50,058 bases of DNA from NCBI GenBank assembly GCA_021847925.1, contig JAJZNI010000129.1, positions 1 through 50,058 on the forward strand. The letters are read 5' to 3'. Each line of letters starts with the position of its first letter. Within the stretch, counting starts at the first letter, position 1. A program made the translations under genes and the position numbers. The notes under the pieces are model-generated. The model saw nothing but the letters and a program-made list of their open reading frames with translations. It was not told the origin of the DNA and searched no databases. The DNA is from a bacterium. Lineage in GTDB: Bacteria > Chloroflexota > Dormibacteria > Aeolococcales > Aeolococcaceae. This document shows, one piece after another, positions 1 to 9,104 of this stretch.

Positions 1-2
1 CC

Positions 3-626
3 CTGAAGACCACCGGAGAGCTGCGCCGGAGGGCTCGACGATCCGCCGGCGCGATCGGTGGGGCCGCGGTGGTCCTCCTCGCGGGCACCATCACCTGGAT
101 CGCCGTCCAGGGGCGGCCGTGGGGCACGGCGAGCGGTGCAGTGCCCGCCGCGGTGCCACTCGGCGGCGGCCTCCTCGCGGTGACGCTCCTCGCCGCCGCC
201 ACCCTGGCGATCGCGCGGGCGCATGAGGGGCTGGCCTTCGCGGCGACGGGCGCCGCCGTGCTGCTCAGCGTCGGAGCCGTCTGGGCCTTCATGTACCCGA
301 TGGCGATCCCCGCCAGCAGCGGGGCGGCGGCGGCCGGCGTTCCCGGGCTCTCCATCGCCACGGCCGCGTCGCAGCCCTACACGCTCACGGTGATGACGAT
401 CGTGGCGGCGATCTTCACCCCCTTTGTCCTCCTCTACCAGGGCTGGACCTACTGGGTGTTCCGTCGCCGCCTCGGCCGCCCACCCGAGCCGGGCGGCCCC
501 CGCGGCACCCCCTTGACGCCGCCCCCCGGGTCCCCCTCCGGCACACCGTCCGAAGGCGGGCCGGCCGGCTTCCCGCCCGGCGCCGGCCCGCGGACACCGC
601 CCGAACCGATCCCGACGGTGCGCTGA
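3..626 (+). CDS. cydB: Cytochrome bd ubiquinol oxidase subunit II, C-terminal part (5' end outside the window)
   Basis: The frame is open from base 3 (LKTTGELRRRA...). Hydrophobic helices and the CydB-type ending 'YP...LSIATAASQPYTLTVMTIVA...P.VLLYQGWTYWVFRRR'. Directly upstream of cydD/cydC. Confidence 0.9.
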   Translation: MKTTGELRRRARRSAGAIGGAAVVLLAGTITWIAVQGRPWGTASGAVPAAVPLGGGLLAVTLLAAATLAIARAHEGLAFAATGAAVLLSVGAVWAFMYPMAIPASSGAAAAGVPGLSIATAASQPYTLTVMTIVAAIFTPFVLLYQGWTYWVFRRRLGRPPEPGGPRGTPLTPPPGSPSGTPSEGGPAGFPPGAGPRTPPEPIPTVR

Positions 627-630
627 GCTC

Positions 631-2382
631 ATGCGCGCGCCCAGCCCCGCCCGGGGGCCGCTGGAGCACCGCCTCCTGGGCCAGGGCGCGGTGCGCAGGA
701 CGGTGGCCGCCTCGGTTGCCCTGGGGCTGCTCGCCTCGGGAAGCATCGTGGTCCAGGCCCTGGCACTGTCCCGCCTTCTCGCCGGGGCGATGGGCGACGC
801 CCGTCTCGACCCGCTTCCGGATGTCGCCTGGCTGGCCGGTGCGGTGGCCCTGCGGGGCCTCTGCGCCGTGGCCTCGGAGCTGGTCGCCGCCCGGGGCAGC
901 GAGGCCGCCAAGGCGGTGCTCCGCGCCCGCCTCCTCGGTGCCGCGCTGCGGCCCGGCGGGGGCCCGCCGGCCGCCGGCCCCGCCGAGGTGGCCACCCTGG
1001 CGGGGCGAGGCCTGGACGCCCTCGACCCGTACATCGGCCGCTGCCTCCCCGACCTGGTGCTGGCGGCGACCGTCCCGATCGCCCTCGCCACGGTCATCGG
1101 CTCGCTGGACTGGGTCTCGGGGATCGTGGTGGCGGTGGTGCTCGTGCTCTTCCCCACCTTCGGCCTCCTGGTGGGCGAGTCCAGCACCCGGCTGGCGACC
1201 GCTCGCTGGGCTCAGGTCGAGGCCTTCGGACGGCAGATCGCCGACGTCTTCGAGGGGCTGCCGACCCTCAGGGCGCTGGGGCGCAGCGCTCAGCAGCGGG
1301 CCCGGATCGCGGGCGCGGGGGAGGCTCTGCGGCAGGCCAGCCTGTCCACGCTTCGCGTCGCCCTCCTGTCCGCCCTGGTCCTGGACACCCTCGCCTCGGT
1401 CTCGGTGGCCATGGTGGCGGTGCCCCTCGGTCTGCGCCTCCTCGACGGCTCGATCCACCTGTCCGCCGCCCTGGCGGTGCTGATCATCGCCCCCGAGGTG
1501 TTCCTGCCGCTGCGACGCGCCAGCGCCGAGTTCCACGAGAGCACCGAGGGCCTGGCGGCGGCGCGGCGGGCCATGGACCTGATCCAGGCGCGGGCCTCCG
1601 ACCCGCCGCGCAGCGGAGGGGTGCCATCCCCGGGCGCGGCCGCCCGGGGCGCCCCTGTCCCCGATCCCGCACGCGTCCCGGTGACGCTGCACCGGGTGCG
1701 GGCCGCCCCGCCGGGGCGGGAGCGCCCGGTGCTGGACGGCGCCTCGCTCCGCATCCACCCCGGCGAGACGGTGCTGGTGGTCGGAGCCAATGGGGCGGGG
1801 AAGACCACCACCCTGGCCCTGCTCACCGGCTTCGTGGTCCCCAGCGAGGGTGCGGTGCGGGTGGGGGACCTCGACCTGCGCGAGCTGGACCCCGGCCTCT
1901 GGCGCCGGCGCCTCAGCTACCTCCCCGAGCGTCCGGCCCTGCTGGCCGCGTCCCTCGCCGACAACCTCCGGCTCGCCGACCCGGCCGCGGGCGACGCGCG
2001 GCTGCGCGAGCTGCTGGAGGCGATGGGTGGCGCAGATCTGCTCGCCCGGCTCCCCGACGGCCTCGCGACGCGCCTGGGAGAGGGGGGTCGGGCCGTCTCG
2101 GCCGGGGAGCGCCAGCGCATCGCGCTGGCCCGGGCACTGCTGCGGCCCGCCTCCCTGTACCTGCTCGACGAGCCCACGGTGCACCTCGACGAGGCCAGCG
2201 AAGCCCGCGTGGTGGAGGCGCTGCGCCGGCACCTGGAGGGCCGGAGCGCCCTCATCGTCAGCCACCGGCCGGCGGTGGCCGGGCTGGCCGACCGGGTCGT
2301 CGCCCTGGAGGCCGGGAGCTTCACCCCCGCCGGGGCCCTCCCTCCCGCGGTGCGGCGGTCCCCGCTGGGGGTCCCGGCGTGA
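631..2382 (+). CDS. cydD: Thiol/heme ABC exporter subunit CydD
   Basis: N-terminal TM domain with 'APEVFLPLRRASAEFH'; Walker A GANGAGKT; signature VSAGERQR; LLDEPT. Follows cydB. Confidence 0.92.
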   Translation: MRAPSPARGPLEHRLLGQGAVRRTVAASVALGLLASGSIVVQALALSRLLAGAMGDARLDPLPDVAWLAGAVALRGLCAVASELVAARGSEAAKAVLRARLLGAALRPGGGPPAAGPAEVATLAGRGLDALDPYIGRCLPDLVLAATVPIALATVIGSLDWVSGIVVAVVLVLFPTFGLLVGESSTRLATARWAQVEAFGRQIADVFEGLPTLRALGRSAQQRARIAGAGEALRQASLSTLRVALLSALVLDTLASVSVAMVAVPLGLRLLDGSIHLSAALAVLIIAPEVFLPLRRASAEFHESTEGLAAARRAMDLIQARASDPPRSGGVPSPGAAARGAPVPDPARVPVTLHRVRAAPPGRERPVLDGASLRIHPGETVLVVGANGAGKTTTLALLTGFVVPSEGAVRVGDLDLRELDPGLWRRRLSYLPERPALLAASLADNLRLADPAAGDARLRELLEAMGGADLLARLPDGLATRLGEGGRAVSAGERQRIALARALLRPASLYLLDEPTVHLDEASEARVVEALRRHLEGRSALIVSHRPAVAGLADRVVALEAGSFTPAGALPPAVRRSPLGVPA

Positions 2383-4154
2383 TCGGGGAGGTGGCGGCAC
2401 CACGTGGCAGCGGCGTCCTGGGCATGAGCCGCAGGCTGGGCGCCCTGCCGCCGCGCGCGCTCGCCGCCGTGGCGGGCGCGGGCACCCTCTCCACCGCGTC
2501 GTCGATCGGCCTGCTCGCCAGCTCGGCATGGCTGATCACCCGCGCGTCCCAGCGCCCTCCGGTGCTCGCCCTCGCCGTCGCCATCGGGTCCGTGCAGGCC
2601 TTCGCGCTCGGCCGCGGCGTGCTCCGCTACCTGCAGCGCCTGGCCGCGCACGGGCTCGCCCTGGGCACGCTCGGCCGCCTGCGCACCTGGCTGTTCGACA
2701 CCGTCGAGCCGCTCACGCCCCGCGGGCTGCCGGGGCGAGGGACCGGCTCGATCGTCACCGGCTTCGTCGCCGACACCGAGCTGGCCACCGAGGGCCTGGC
2801 CCGGGCCGTGACGGTGAGCGTCGATGCCGGTGCCAGCGCCGTCCTCGGGGTCGCGGTCGCGGCGCTGCTGGCGCCCGGCCCCGCCGCGATCCTCCTGGCC
2901 GCCTCCCTGGCGACGCTGGCCATGGCTCTTGGCGCCGCCCGTGCCGGGCGCGGCGCCGCCGCCAGGGAGGCCGTCATCCGCGCCGATCTTGCCGACGCGG
3001 TGGTCGACGCCATCCGCTCGGGCCCCGAGCTGCTCGTCTACGGGCGCGAGGACCTCGTTGCGGAGCGTCTGGCCCAGGTGCGCCGCCTCGCGCGTGCCGC
3101 CGCCCTGCGGCGCGCCGCCGCCGGCGGGGTCGCCCGCGCGCTGGCGGTGTGGGCCGCGGGGGCGGGCCTCATCGCCGTGGTGCTGTCCGGCCTGGCCGCA
3201 CACCGTGCCGGGCAGCTCTCCGGCGTGATGCTCGCCGTGCTCGCCTTCGTGGCCCTGGTGGTGCTCGACCAGTGTGCCGCCCTCGCCGCCGCGCTGCCCG
3301 GGATCGCCACCGGGAACGCCGCGGCCGCGAGGCTTCGCGGCCTGGCCCGCCTCGTCCCTCCCGTGCGGGAGCCCGCGGCCGACCGCAGCCACGCCGCATC
3401 GGGAAGCGCCGCGGCGCTGGCCGGCGTCGGTGTCGCCGCCCCCGGGGGGGACCGCGAGCCCCCCCTCCTGGAGGACGTCTCCCTGGCGGTGGAAGCGGGA
3501 CAGAGGGTCGCGCTCATCGGCCCGACGGGATCAGGGAAGTCCAGCGTGCTCCACGTCCTCCTCCACCTCCTCGAGATCAGCCGGGGATCGGCGACCCTGG
3601 GAGGGGTCGAGGTGAGGGAGATGACCCACGCCGGCCTGGCCCGCCACGCGGCCTGGCTGGCGGACGACACGCATGTCTTCGCCGCCTCGCTCTCCGACAA
3701 CCTCAGGCTGGCCCGCCCCGACGCCGCTGACGCCGAGTGCGCCGAGGCCCTGGAGCGGGCCGGTCTCGGGCCCTGGTACCGCTCCCTCCCCGGGGGGCTG
3801 CGAACCCTCCTCGGGGCCGGCGGGCGGGCGCTGAGCGCGGGGGAGCGTCAGCGCCTGGGCATGGCCCGGGCCATGCTCTCCGGAGCCGGCCTCCTGCTCC
3901 TCGACGAGCCCACGGCGCACATCGACCCGGCCGCGGCACCGCGGCTCCTCTCCGAGCTCCTGGGCGCCGCCGGAGCCCGCGCCGTCCTGGTGGTGGATCA
4001 CGGGCCCTGGCTGGCCGGCGCGGTCGACGCGGTGGTCACGCTCGACGGGGGACGGGTGGTCTCCACCGCGGCGCGCGCGCGCCCGACCGAAGGCCGCGCG
4101 GGCGCCCCCGCGGCGGCGGCGGCGAGGGATCCCAGCGGCACCCCCCGGGGGTGA
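2379..4154 (+). CDS. cydC: Thiol/heme ABC exporter subunit CydC
   Basis: 'GLLASSAWLITRAS..P' and 'FALGRGVLRYLQRLAAH' are CydC motifs; GPTGSGKS, LSAGERQR, LLDEPT. GTGA overlap with cydD. Confidence 0.92.
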   Translation: MIGEVAAPRGSGVLGMSRRLGALPPRALAAVAGAGTLSTASSIGLLASSAWLITRASQRPPVLALAVAIGSVQAFALGRGVLRYLQRLAAHGLALGTLGRLRTWLFDTVEPLTPRGLPGRGTGSIVTGFVADTELATEGLARAVTVSVDAGASAVLGVAVAALLAPGPAAILLAASLATLAMALGAARAGRGAAAREAVIRADLADAVVDAIRSGPELLVYGREDLVAERLAQVRRLARAAALRRAAAGGVARALAVWAAGAGLIAVVLSGLAAHRAGQLSGVMLAVLAFVALVVLDQCAALAAALPGIATGNAAAARLRGLARLVPPVREPAADRSHAASGSAAALAGVGVAAPGGDREPPLLEDVSLAVEAGQRVALIGPTGSGKSSVLHVLLHLLEISRGSATLGGVEVREMTHAGLARHAAWLADDTHVFAASLSDNLRLARPDAADAECAEALERAGLGPWYRSLPGGLRTLLGAGGRALSAGERQRLGMARAMLSGAGLLLLDEPTAHIDPAAAPRLLSELLGAAGARAVLVVDHGPWLAGAVDAVVTLDGGRVVSTAARARPTEGRAGAPAAAAARDPSGTPRG

Positions 4155-4212
4155 GCTCCCCGGCTCCCGGCCACGGTGCGGCGCCGCGACGGGGAGCGGC
4201 CTGGTCCGCGAG

Positions 4213-4272
4213 GGGGCCGGGGTTCCGAGCCCGGGGGGACCAACGACGCTCACCAGCCGGGACCATGGCCTC
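4213..4272. promoter_or_regulatory. Array of DosR/DevR-like boxes with 23-bp period upstream of the GltD-like/kor operon
   Basis: GGGGC-CGGG-GTTCC (4213, weak), GGGAC-CAAC-GACGC (4236), GGGAC-CATG-GCCTC (4259). A -10-like CAGACT lies at 4297. Confidence 0.55.
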
Positions 4273-4308
4273 TACTGGCCGGGCCGGGTGGGCATCCAGA
4301 CTCGAACG

Positions 4309-6153
4309 GTGCCACCCACGGACACGACGAACCCCGACTGGTACCACCGGGTGGTCGACTGCCAGTGGGCATGCCCCGCGCACACGGACGTCCCCCAGTA
4401 CATCCGCCTCATCGGCCAGGGACGCTACGCCGACGCGTACCTGCTGAACCGGGAGACCAACGTCTTCCCGGGAGTGCTCGGACGCACCTGCGACCGCCCC
4501 TGCGAGCCCGCCTGCCGGCGGAGCCGCGTGGACGGCACCGCGGTGGCCATCTGCCGGCTCAAGCGGGTGGCCGCCGATCTGCGCGGGGAGCTCGCCGGGC
4601 GCCTGCCCCGGGCTCCGGAGCGGCGCAACGGCAAGCGCGTCGCCTGCGTCGGCGCGGGGCCGGCGTCGCTCAGCGTCGCCAGCGACCTGCTCCCTCTCGG
4701 GTACGAGGTGGTCATCCACGAACGCCATCCCCTTCCCGGCGGGCTGATGCGCACCAGCATCCCGGCCTTCCGCCTCCCCGAGGCGGTGCTCGACGAGGAG
4801 ATCCGATTCATCCTCGACATGGGTGCCGAGGTCCGTTACGGCTCCCCGGTGGCGAGCCTGCGCAGGCTGCTCGCGGAGGGCTACGACGCCGTCTTCATCG
4901 GCAGCGGGGCGCCGCGGGGCAAGGACCTGGACCTCCCGGGCCGCGCTGAGGGCGGGCGCATCCACATCGGCTTGGACTGGCTGCAGTCGGTGGCCTTCGG
5001 GCACGTCACCGGCATCGGTGAGCGGGTCCTGGTGATCGGGGTCGGCAACACGGCAATGGACTGCTGCCGCACCGCGCGACGCCTGGGCGGGACCGACGTG
5101 AAGGTGGTGGCGCGGCGCCCCCGCGCCTTCTTCAAGGCCTCCGACTGGGAGCTCGAGGACGCCGAGGAGGAGGGCATCGACATCCTCACCGAGCTCGCCC
5201 CGCGGCGCTTCGTGGTGGAGGGCGGCCGCCTGCTCGGGGTGGAGTTCGACCGCCTCGCGTGGGACGAGGGCGCGCGCGCCTCGACCGTGATGGGGAGCGA
5301 GCTCCTCCCCTGCGACGACGTCATCCTGGCGGTGGGCCAGGAGGCGGCCTTCCCCTGGATCGAGCGCGACCTGGGCGTGGAGTTGGGCCGCTGGGACCTG
5401 CCTGTCGTCGATCGGACGACGCTGCAGTCCACCCTCCCCGGCGTCTTCTTCGGCGGGGATGCGGCGTTCGGGCCCCTCAACATCATCTGGGCGGTGGAGC
5501 ACGGGCACCAGGCGGCCATCTCCATCGACAACCACTGCCGGGGGGTCGGCGTCGACGAGCGCCCGGCGCCGCGGGTGGGGCTGCGGAGCATGGACATGGG
5601 ACTCGCCCAGTGGAGCTATCACAACGAGTACAACCCGTCCAAGCGGCAGCGCATGGAGCACGTCGCCATGGTGCGCCGCTTCGCCGCCCTCTCCGTCGAG
5701 GTGGAGCTGGGCTTCGCCCCGGAGCAGAGCGCCCGCGAGGTGGGCCGCTGTCTCAACTGCGACATCCAGACCGTGCTCGTGCCCGAGCTGTGCATCGAGT
5801 GCGATGCCTGCATCGATGTCTGCCCGGTGCGCTGCCTGACCATCACCGCCGGCGCCGACGAGCCCGAGCTGCGCGGCCGGCTCTCGGCGCCCACGCTGCA
5901 CCCCGACGAGCCCCTGTTCGTCTCCACGCCGCTGCCTCAGACCGGCCGTGTGATGGTGAAGGACGAGGACCTCTGCGTCCACTGCGGCCTCTGCGCCGAG
6001 CGCTGTCCCACCGCCGCCTGGCGGATGGAGCGTCTCGAGCTCAGCCTGCCGCGCGCGGGCGGGGTGTGGTCCCCCGACCCGGGCTCGGCCGGGGCCGGCA
6101 CCGACCCCGCCGCCCATGCGGCCGCGCCCCTTCCCGGAGTCGCGCAACGATGA
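4309..6153 (+). CDS. GltD/DsrL-like FAD/NAD(P)H-dependent oxidoreductase with N-terminal Fe-S clusters and a C-terminal ferredoxin-like domain
   Basis: CQWACP, GRTCDRPCEPACRR, VGAGPA, IGVGNTAMDC, RCLNC, CIECDACIDVCP, CVHCGLCAERCP. GTG 4309 is preferred (alternative GTG 4288) because a -10-like hexamer sits 6 nt upstream. Confidence 0.85.
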   Translation: MPPTDTTNPDWYHRVVDCQWACPAHTDVPQYIRLIGQGRYADAYLLNRETNVFPGVLGRTCDRPCEPACRRSRVDGTAVAICRLKRVAADLRGELAGRLPRAPERRNGKRVACVGAGPASLSVASDLLPLGYEVVIHERHPLPGGLMRTSIPAFRLPEAVLDEEIRFILDMGAEVRYGSPVASLRRLLAEGYDAVFIGSGAPRGKDLDLPGRAEGGRIHIGLDWLQSVAFGHVTGIGERVLVIGVGNTAMDCCRTARRLGGTDVKVVARRPRAFFKASDWELEDAEEEGIDILTELAPRRFVVEGGRLLGVEFDRLAWDEGARASTVMGSELLPCDDVILAVGQEAAFPWIERDLGVELGRWDLPVVDRTTLQSTLPGVFFGGDAAFGPLNIIWAVEHGHQAAISIDNHCRGVGVDERPAPRVGLRSMDMGLAQWSYHNEYNPSKRQRMEHVAMVRRFAALSVEVELGFAPEQSAREVGRCLNCDIQTVLVPELCIECDACIDVCPVRCLTITAGADEPELRGRLSAPTLHPDEPLFVSTPLPQTGRVMVKDEDLCVHCGLCAERCPTAAWRMERLELSLPRAGGVWSPDPGSAGAGTDPAAHAAAPLPGVAQR

Positions 6154-7988
6154 CCGCGACACCCTGGGCCGAGGAGGCGGCCGCCACCCGCGCCCCGCAG
6201 GTCAACGAGCTGGCCCTGCGCATCGCCACCGTGAACGGCACCGGCTCATCGAGCGCCAACAACCTGCTGATGCGTGCCATCTTCCGGATGGGGATACCCG
6301 TGTCGGGCAAGAACATCTTCCCCTCCAACATCCAGGGGCTCCCCACCTGGTACGAGATCCGCGTGAGCGGCGCCGGTCACACCGCGCGAGCGCGCAACCC
6401 GGACCTGCTGGTCGCCATGAACACCCAGACCCGGGAGCGCGACGTCGCCGCGGTGCGTCCCGGCGGCTGCGTCCTGTGGGATTCAACCTCCCCGCTGGAG
6501 CGGGCCGGCGAACGCGGGGACGTCACCCTCCTGGGCATCCCCATCGCCCGCATGTGCGCGGAGGAGTTCCACAACCCCCGGGAGCGGATCCTGCTCCAGA
6601 ACGTGGTCTACGCGGGCGCCGTCACGGCGCTCCTGGGCATCGATCCCGCGGTCACCGCCACCCTGATCGACGAGCGCTACCGGCGACGCCCGAGGCTGGG
6701 CGAGGCCAACAGGCGCGCCTTCCGCATCGGCGAGGAGTACGCGCGGCAGCACTTCCCGTGCCCCCTGCCCTGCCACGTCGAGCCGATGCAGGCGACCGGC
6801 GGCTCGATCATCGTCGACGGCAACACCGCGACCGCCCTGGGCTGCATCTACGCGGGAGCGACCGTCGCCGCCTGGTACCCGATCACCCCGTCGACGTCGG
6901 TGATGGACGCCTTCACCGCGTTTGCGCGCCGCTCCCGGCGCGATCCCATGACCGGGCTCTCGACCTGCATGATCGTTCAGGCCGAGGACGAGCTCGCCTC
7001 CATCGGCACCGTGATCGGCGCCGGCTGGGCCGGCGCCCGTGCCTTCACCGCCACCTCCGGACCGGGCCTCTCGCTGATGCAGGCGCTGCTGGGCCTCGCC
7101 TACTACACCGAGATCCCGGCGGTCGTGTTCGACGTGCAGCGGGCCGGGCCCTCCACGGGGATGCCGACGCGCACCCAGCAGGCCGACCTCCTCGCTGCGG
7201 CCCACGCCTCCCACGGCGACACCGCGCACATCCTGCTGTTCCCCGGAGACCCCGCCGAGTGCTTCGACTTCGCGGTGCGCGCCTTCGATCTGGCCGAGCA
7301 CTTCCAGACGCCCGTCCTGGTGCTCTCGGACACCGACATCGGGATGAACGACTGGGTGGTCCCCCGGCTCCGCTGGGACGACACCTACGCCCCCGACCGG
7401 GGCCGCGTGCTCGGCGCGGCCGAGGTCGAGGCGGCGGGGGAGTACCACCGCTACGCCGATGCCGACGCCGACGGTGTCGCCGCGCGCACGCTGCCCGGGG
7501 TCAGCCCGGCGGCCGCGTACTACACCCGCGGCTCCGGGCACAACCGGCTGGCCGGCTACACGGAGGACCCCGACGAGTACCGGGAGGTGGTCGACCGGCT
7601 GGCCCGCAAGCATGCCGCGGCAGGGGGGTGGGTCCCCGAGCCGGTGATCGAGGCGCGGCCCGGGGCGTCGGTGGGTCTGGTCACCCTGGGCAGCGGCGGG
7701 CCCGCGGTGCGCGAGGCGGTGGAGATGCTCCGCGCCCAGGGCGTCGCCGCCGACTGCATGCGCCTGCGCGGCTATCCCTTCCCCGAGGCCGTCTTCCGCT
7801 TCCTGGAGGGCCATGCTTTCTGCTTCGTGGTGGAGCAGAATCGCGACGCCCAGCTCCGCACCCTGCTCCTCGAGAGCGGGGCCGGCTCGGAGCGGCTGGG
7901 CTCGGTGCTTCTCTACGGAGGCGAGCCGATCACCGCCGGCGAGGTGAGCGACGCGGTGCTCGTCCAGCTGCGCCGGCGCGAGGAGTAG
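6150..7988 (+). CDS. korA: 2-oxoacid:acceptor oxidoreductase alpha subunit (gamma-alpha fusion)
   Basis: NGTGSSSAN gamma domain, WYPITPST, QAEDE, TATSGPG, QRAGPSTGMPT. ATGA overlap with the upstream gene. Substrate specificity cannot be determined. Confidence 0.9.
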   Translation: MTATPWAEEAAATRAPQVNELALRIATVNGTGSSSANNLLMRAIFRMGIPVSGKNIFPSNIQGLPTWYEIRVSGAGHTARARNPDLLVAMNTQTRERDVAAVRPGGCVLWDSTSPLERAGERGDVTLLGIPIARMCAEEFHNPRERILLQNVVYAGAVTALLGIDPAVTATLIDERYRRRPRLGEANRRAFRIGEEYARQHFPCPLPCHVEPMQATGGSIIVDGNTATALGCIYAGATVAAWYPITPSTSVMDAFTAFARRSRRDPMTGLSTCMIVQAEDELASIGTVIGAGWAGARAFTATSGPGLSLMQALLGLAYYTEIPAVVFDVQRAGPSTGMPTRTQQADLLAAAHASHGDTAHILLFPGDPAECFDFAVRAFDLAEHFQTPVLVLSDTDIGMNDWVVPRLRWDDTYAPDRGRVLGAAEVEAAGEYHRYADADADGVAARTLPGVSPAAAYYTRGSGHNRLAGYTEDPDEYREVVDRLARKHAAAGGWVPEPVIEARPGASVGLVTLGSGGPAVREAVEMLRAQGVAADCMRLRGYPFPEAVFRFLEGHAFCFVVEQNRDAQLRTLLLESGAGSERLGSVLLYGGEPITAGEVSDAVLVQLRRREE

Positions 7989-7990
7989 CC

Positions 7991-9040
7991 GTGCCGTCCA
8001 TCGCCAAGCCGCCGATCCGCCATCCGGCCCTCCCCGTCAACGAGCTGGGGCTCGCCGAGCGCGACTACGAGGGCGCGATGTCCACGCTCTGCGCCGGCTG
8101 CGGTCACGACGCCGTGACCGCGGCGATCGTGCGCGCGCTCTGGGAGGTGGCGGTGCCGCCGCACATGGTCGTCAAGCTGAGCGGGATCGGCTGCTCCGCC
8201 AAGACCACCGCCTACTTCCTGCGCGGCGCGCACGGGTTCAACGGGGTGCACGGCCGGATGGCCCCGCTCGCGACCGGGGTGGGCGCGGCCAACTCCGATC
8301 TCCTGCTGATCGGCATCTCGGGGGACGGCGACAGCCTCTCCATCGGCATCGGACACCTGGTGCACCTGATCCGGCGCAACCTGCGGATGATCTACGTCAT
8401 CGAGAACAATGGGGTGTACGGGCTCACCAAGGGCCAGCTCTCCGCCTCCGCCGACGTCGGCTCCACGAGCAGCAAGGGCACCCCCGGGGTCATCCAGCCG
8501 GTCGATCCGATGCTGCTGGGACTGAGTCTCGGGGCGACCTTCCTGGCCCGCGGCTTCTCCGGAGACAAGGCGCAGCTCGTGCCCATCCTCAAGGCCGCGA
8601 CCGCCCACCGGGGCCTCGCCCTGATCGACGTGATCTCGCCGTGCGTCAGCTTCAACGACCACGAGGGGTCGACCAAGAGCTACCGCTTCACCCGGGAGCA
8701 CGACGTCCAGGTCACCACCACCGACTTCGTGGAGCCGCGGCCGGAGCTGCTCACCGCCATCGGCCCGGTGGGGATCACCGATCTCACCCTCCACGACGGC
8801 ACCCGGGTGCGGGCCCGCGCCCTCCCCGAGGGGTACGACCCCGGCGACCGCGACGCGGTGGGAGCCTACCTGCGCGAGGCTCACGATCGCGGCGAGGTGG
8901 CGACCGGCATCCTCTACGTCGACCCCTCCCGCCCCACGCTGCACGAGCTCCTCCGCGTGGTGCCCCGCCCGCTGGCCGGCCTGCCGTACGCGGACCTCTG
9001 CCCCGGCGCCGCCGAGCTGGAGCGCTTCGGGGAGAGCTGA
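7991..9040 (+). CDS. korB: 2-oxoacid:ferredoxin oxidoreductase beta subunit
   Basis: TLCAGCG, SGIGCS, HGR, ThDP motif GDGD...ENNGVYGLTKGQ, SPCV. GTG start 2 nt after the korA stop. Confidence 0.9.
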   Translation: MPSIAKPPIRHPALPVNELGLAERDYEGAMSTLCAGCGHDAVTAAIVRALWEVAVPPHMVVKLSGIGCSAKTTAYFLRGAHGFNGVHGRMAPLATGVGAANSDLLLIGISGDGDSLSIGIGHLVHLIRRNLRMIYVIENNGVYGLTKGQLSASADVGSTSSKGTPGVIQPVDPMLLGLSLGATFLARGFSGDKAQLVPILKAATAHRGLALIDVISPCVSFNDHEGSTKSYRFTREHDVQVTTTDFVEPRPELLTAIGPVGITDLTLHDGTRVRARALPEGYDPGDRDAVGAYLREAHDRGEVATGILYVDPSRPTLHELLRVVPRPLAGLPYADLCPGAAELERFGES

Positions 9041-9104
9041 GGGCCGGGCGCCGGGACGCCCCGCCCTGGCGCGCGGGGGCTCCGAAGCGTCACAGTCCGT
9101 GGGC

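Noticed and set aside
4309-6153. Calling the GltD-like genes glutamate synthase small subunits
   Set aside because: No gltB is adjacent, both have extra ferredoxin domains, and both are coupled to 2-oxoacid oxidoreductases.
5259-9040. Apparent long N-terminal extensions or fusions in the ORF track (5259-7988, 6116-9040; likewise 14939, 31604, 39938, 42366)
   Set aside because: The extensions lie inside the upstream gene in another frame. True starts are at the coupled ATGA/GTGA junctions or just downstream of the previous stop.
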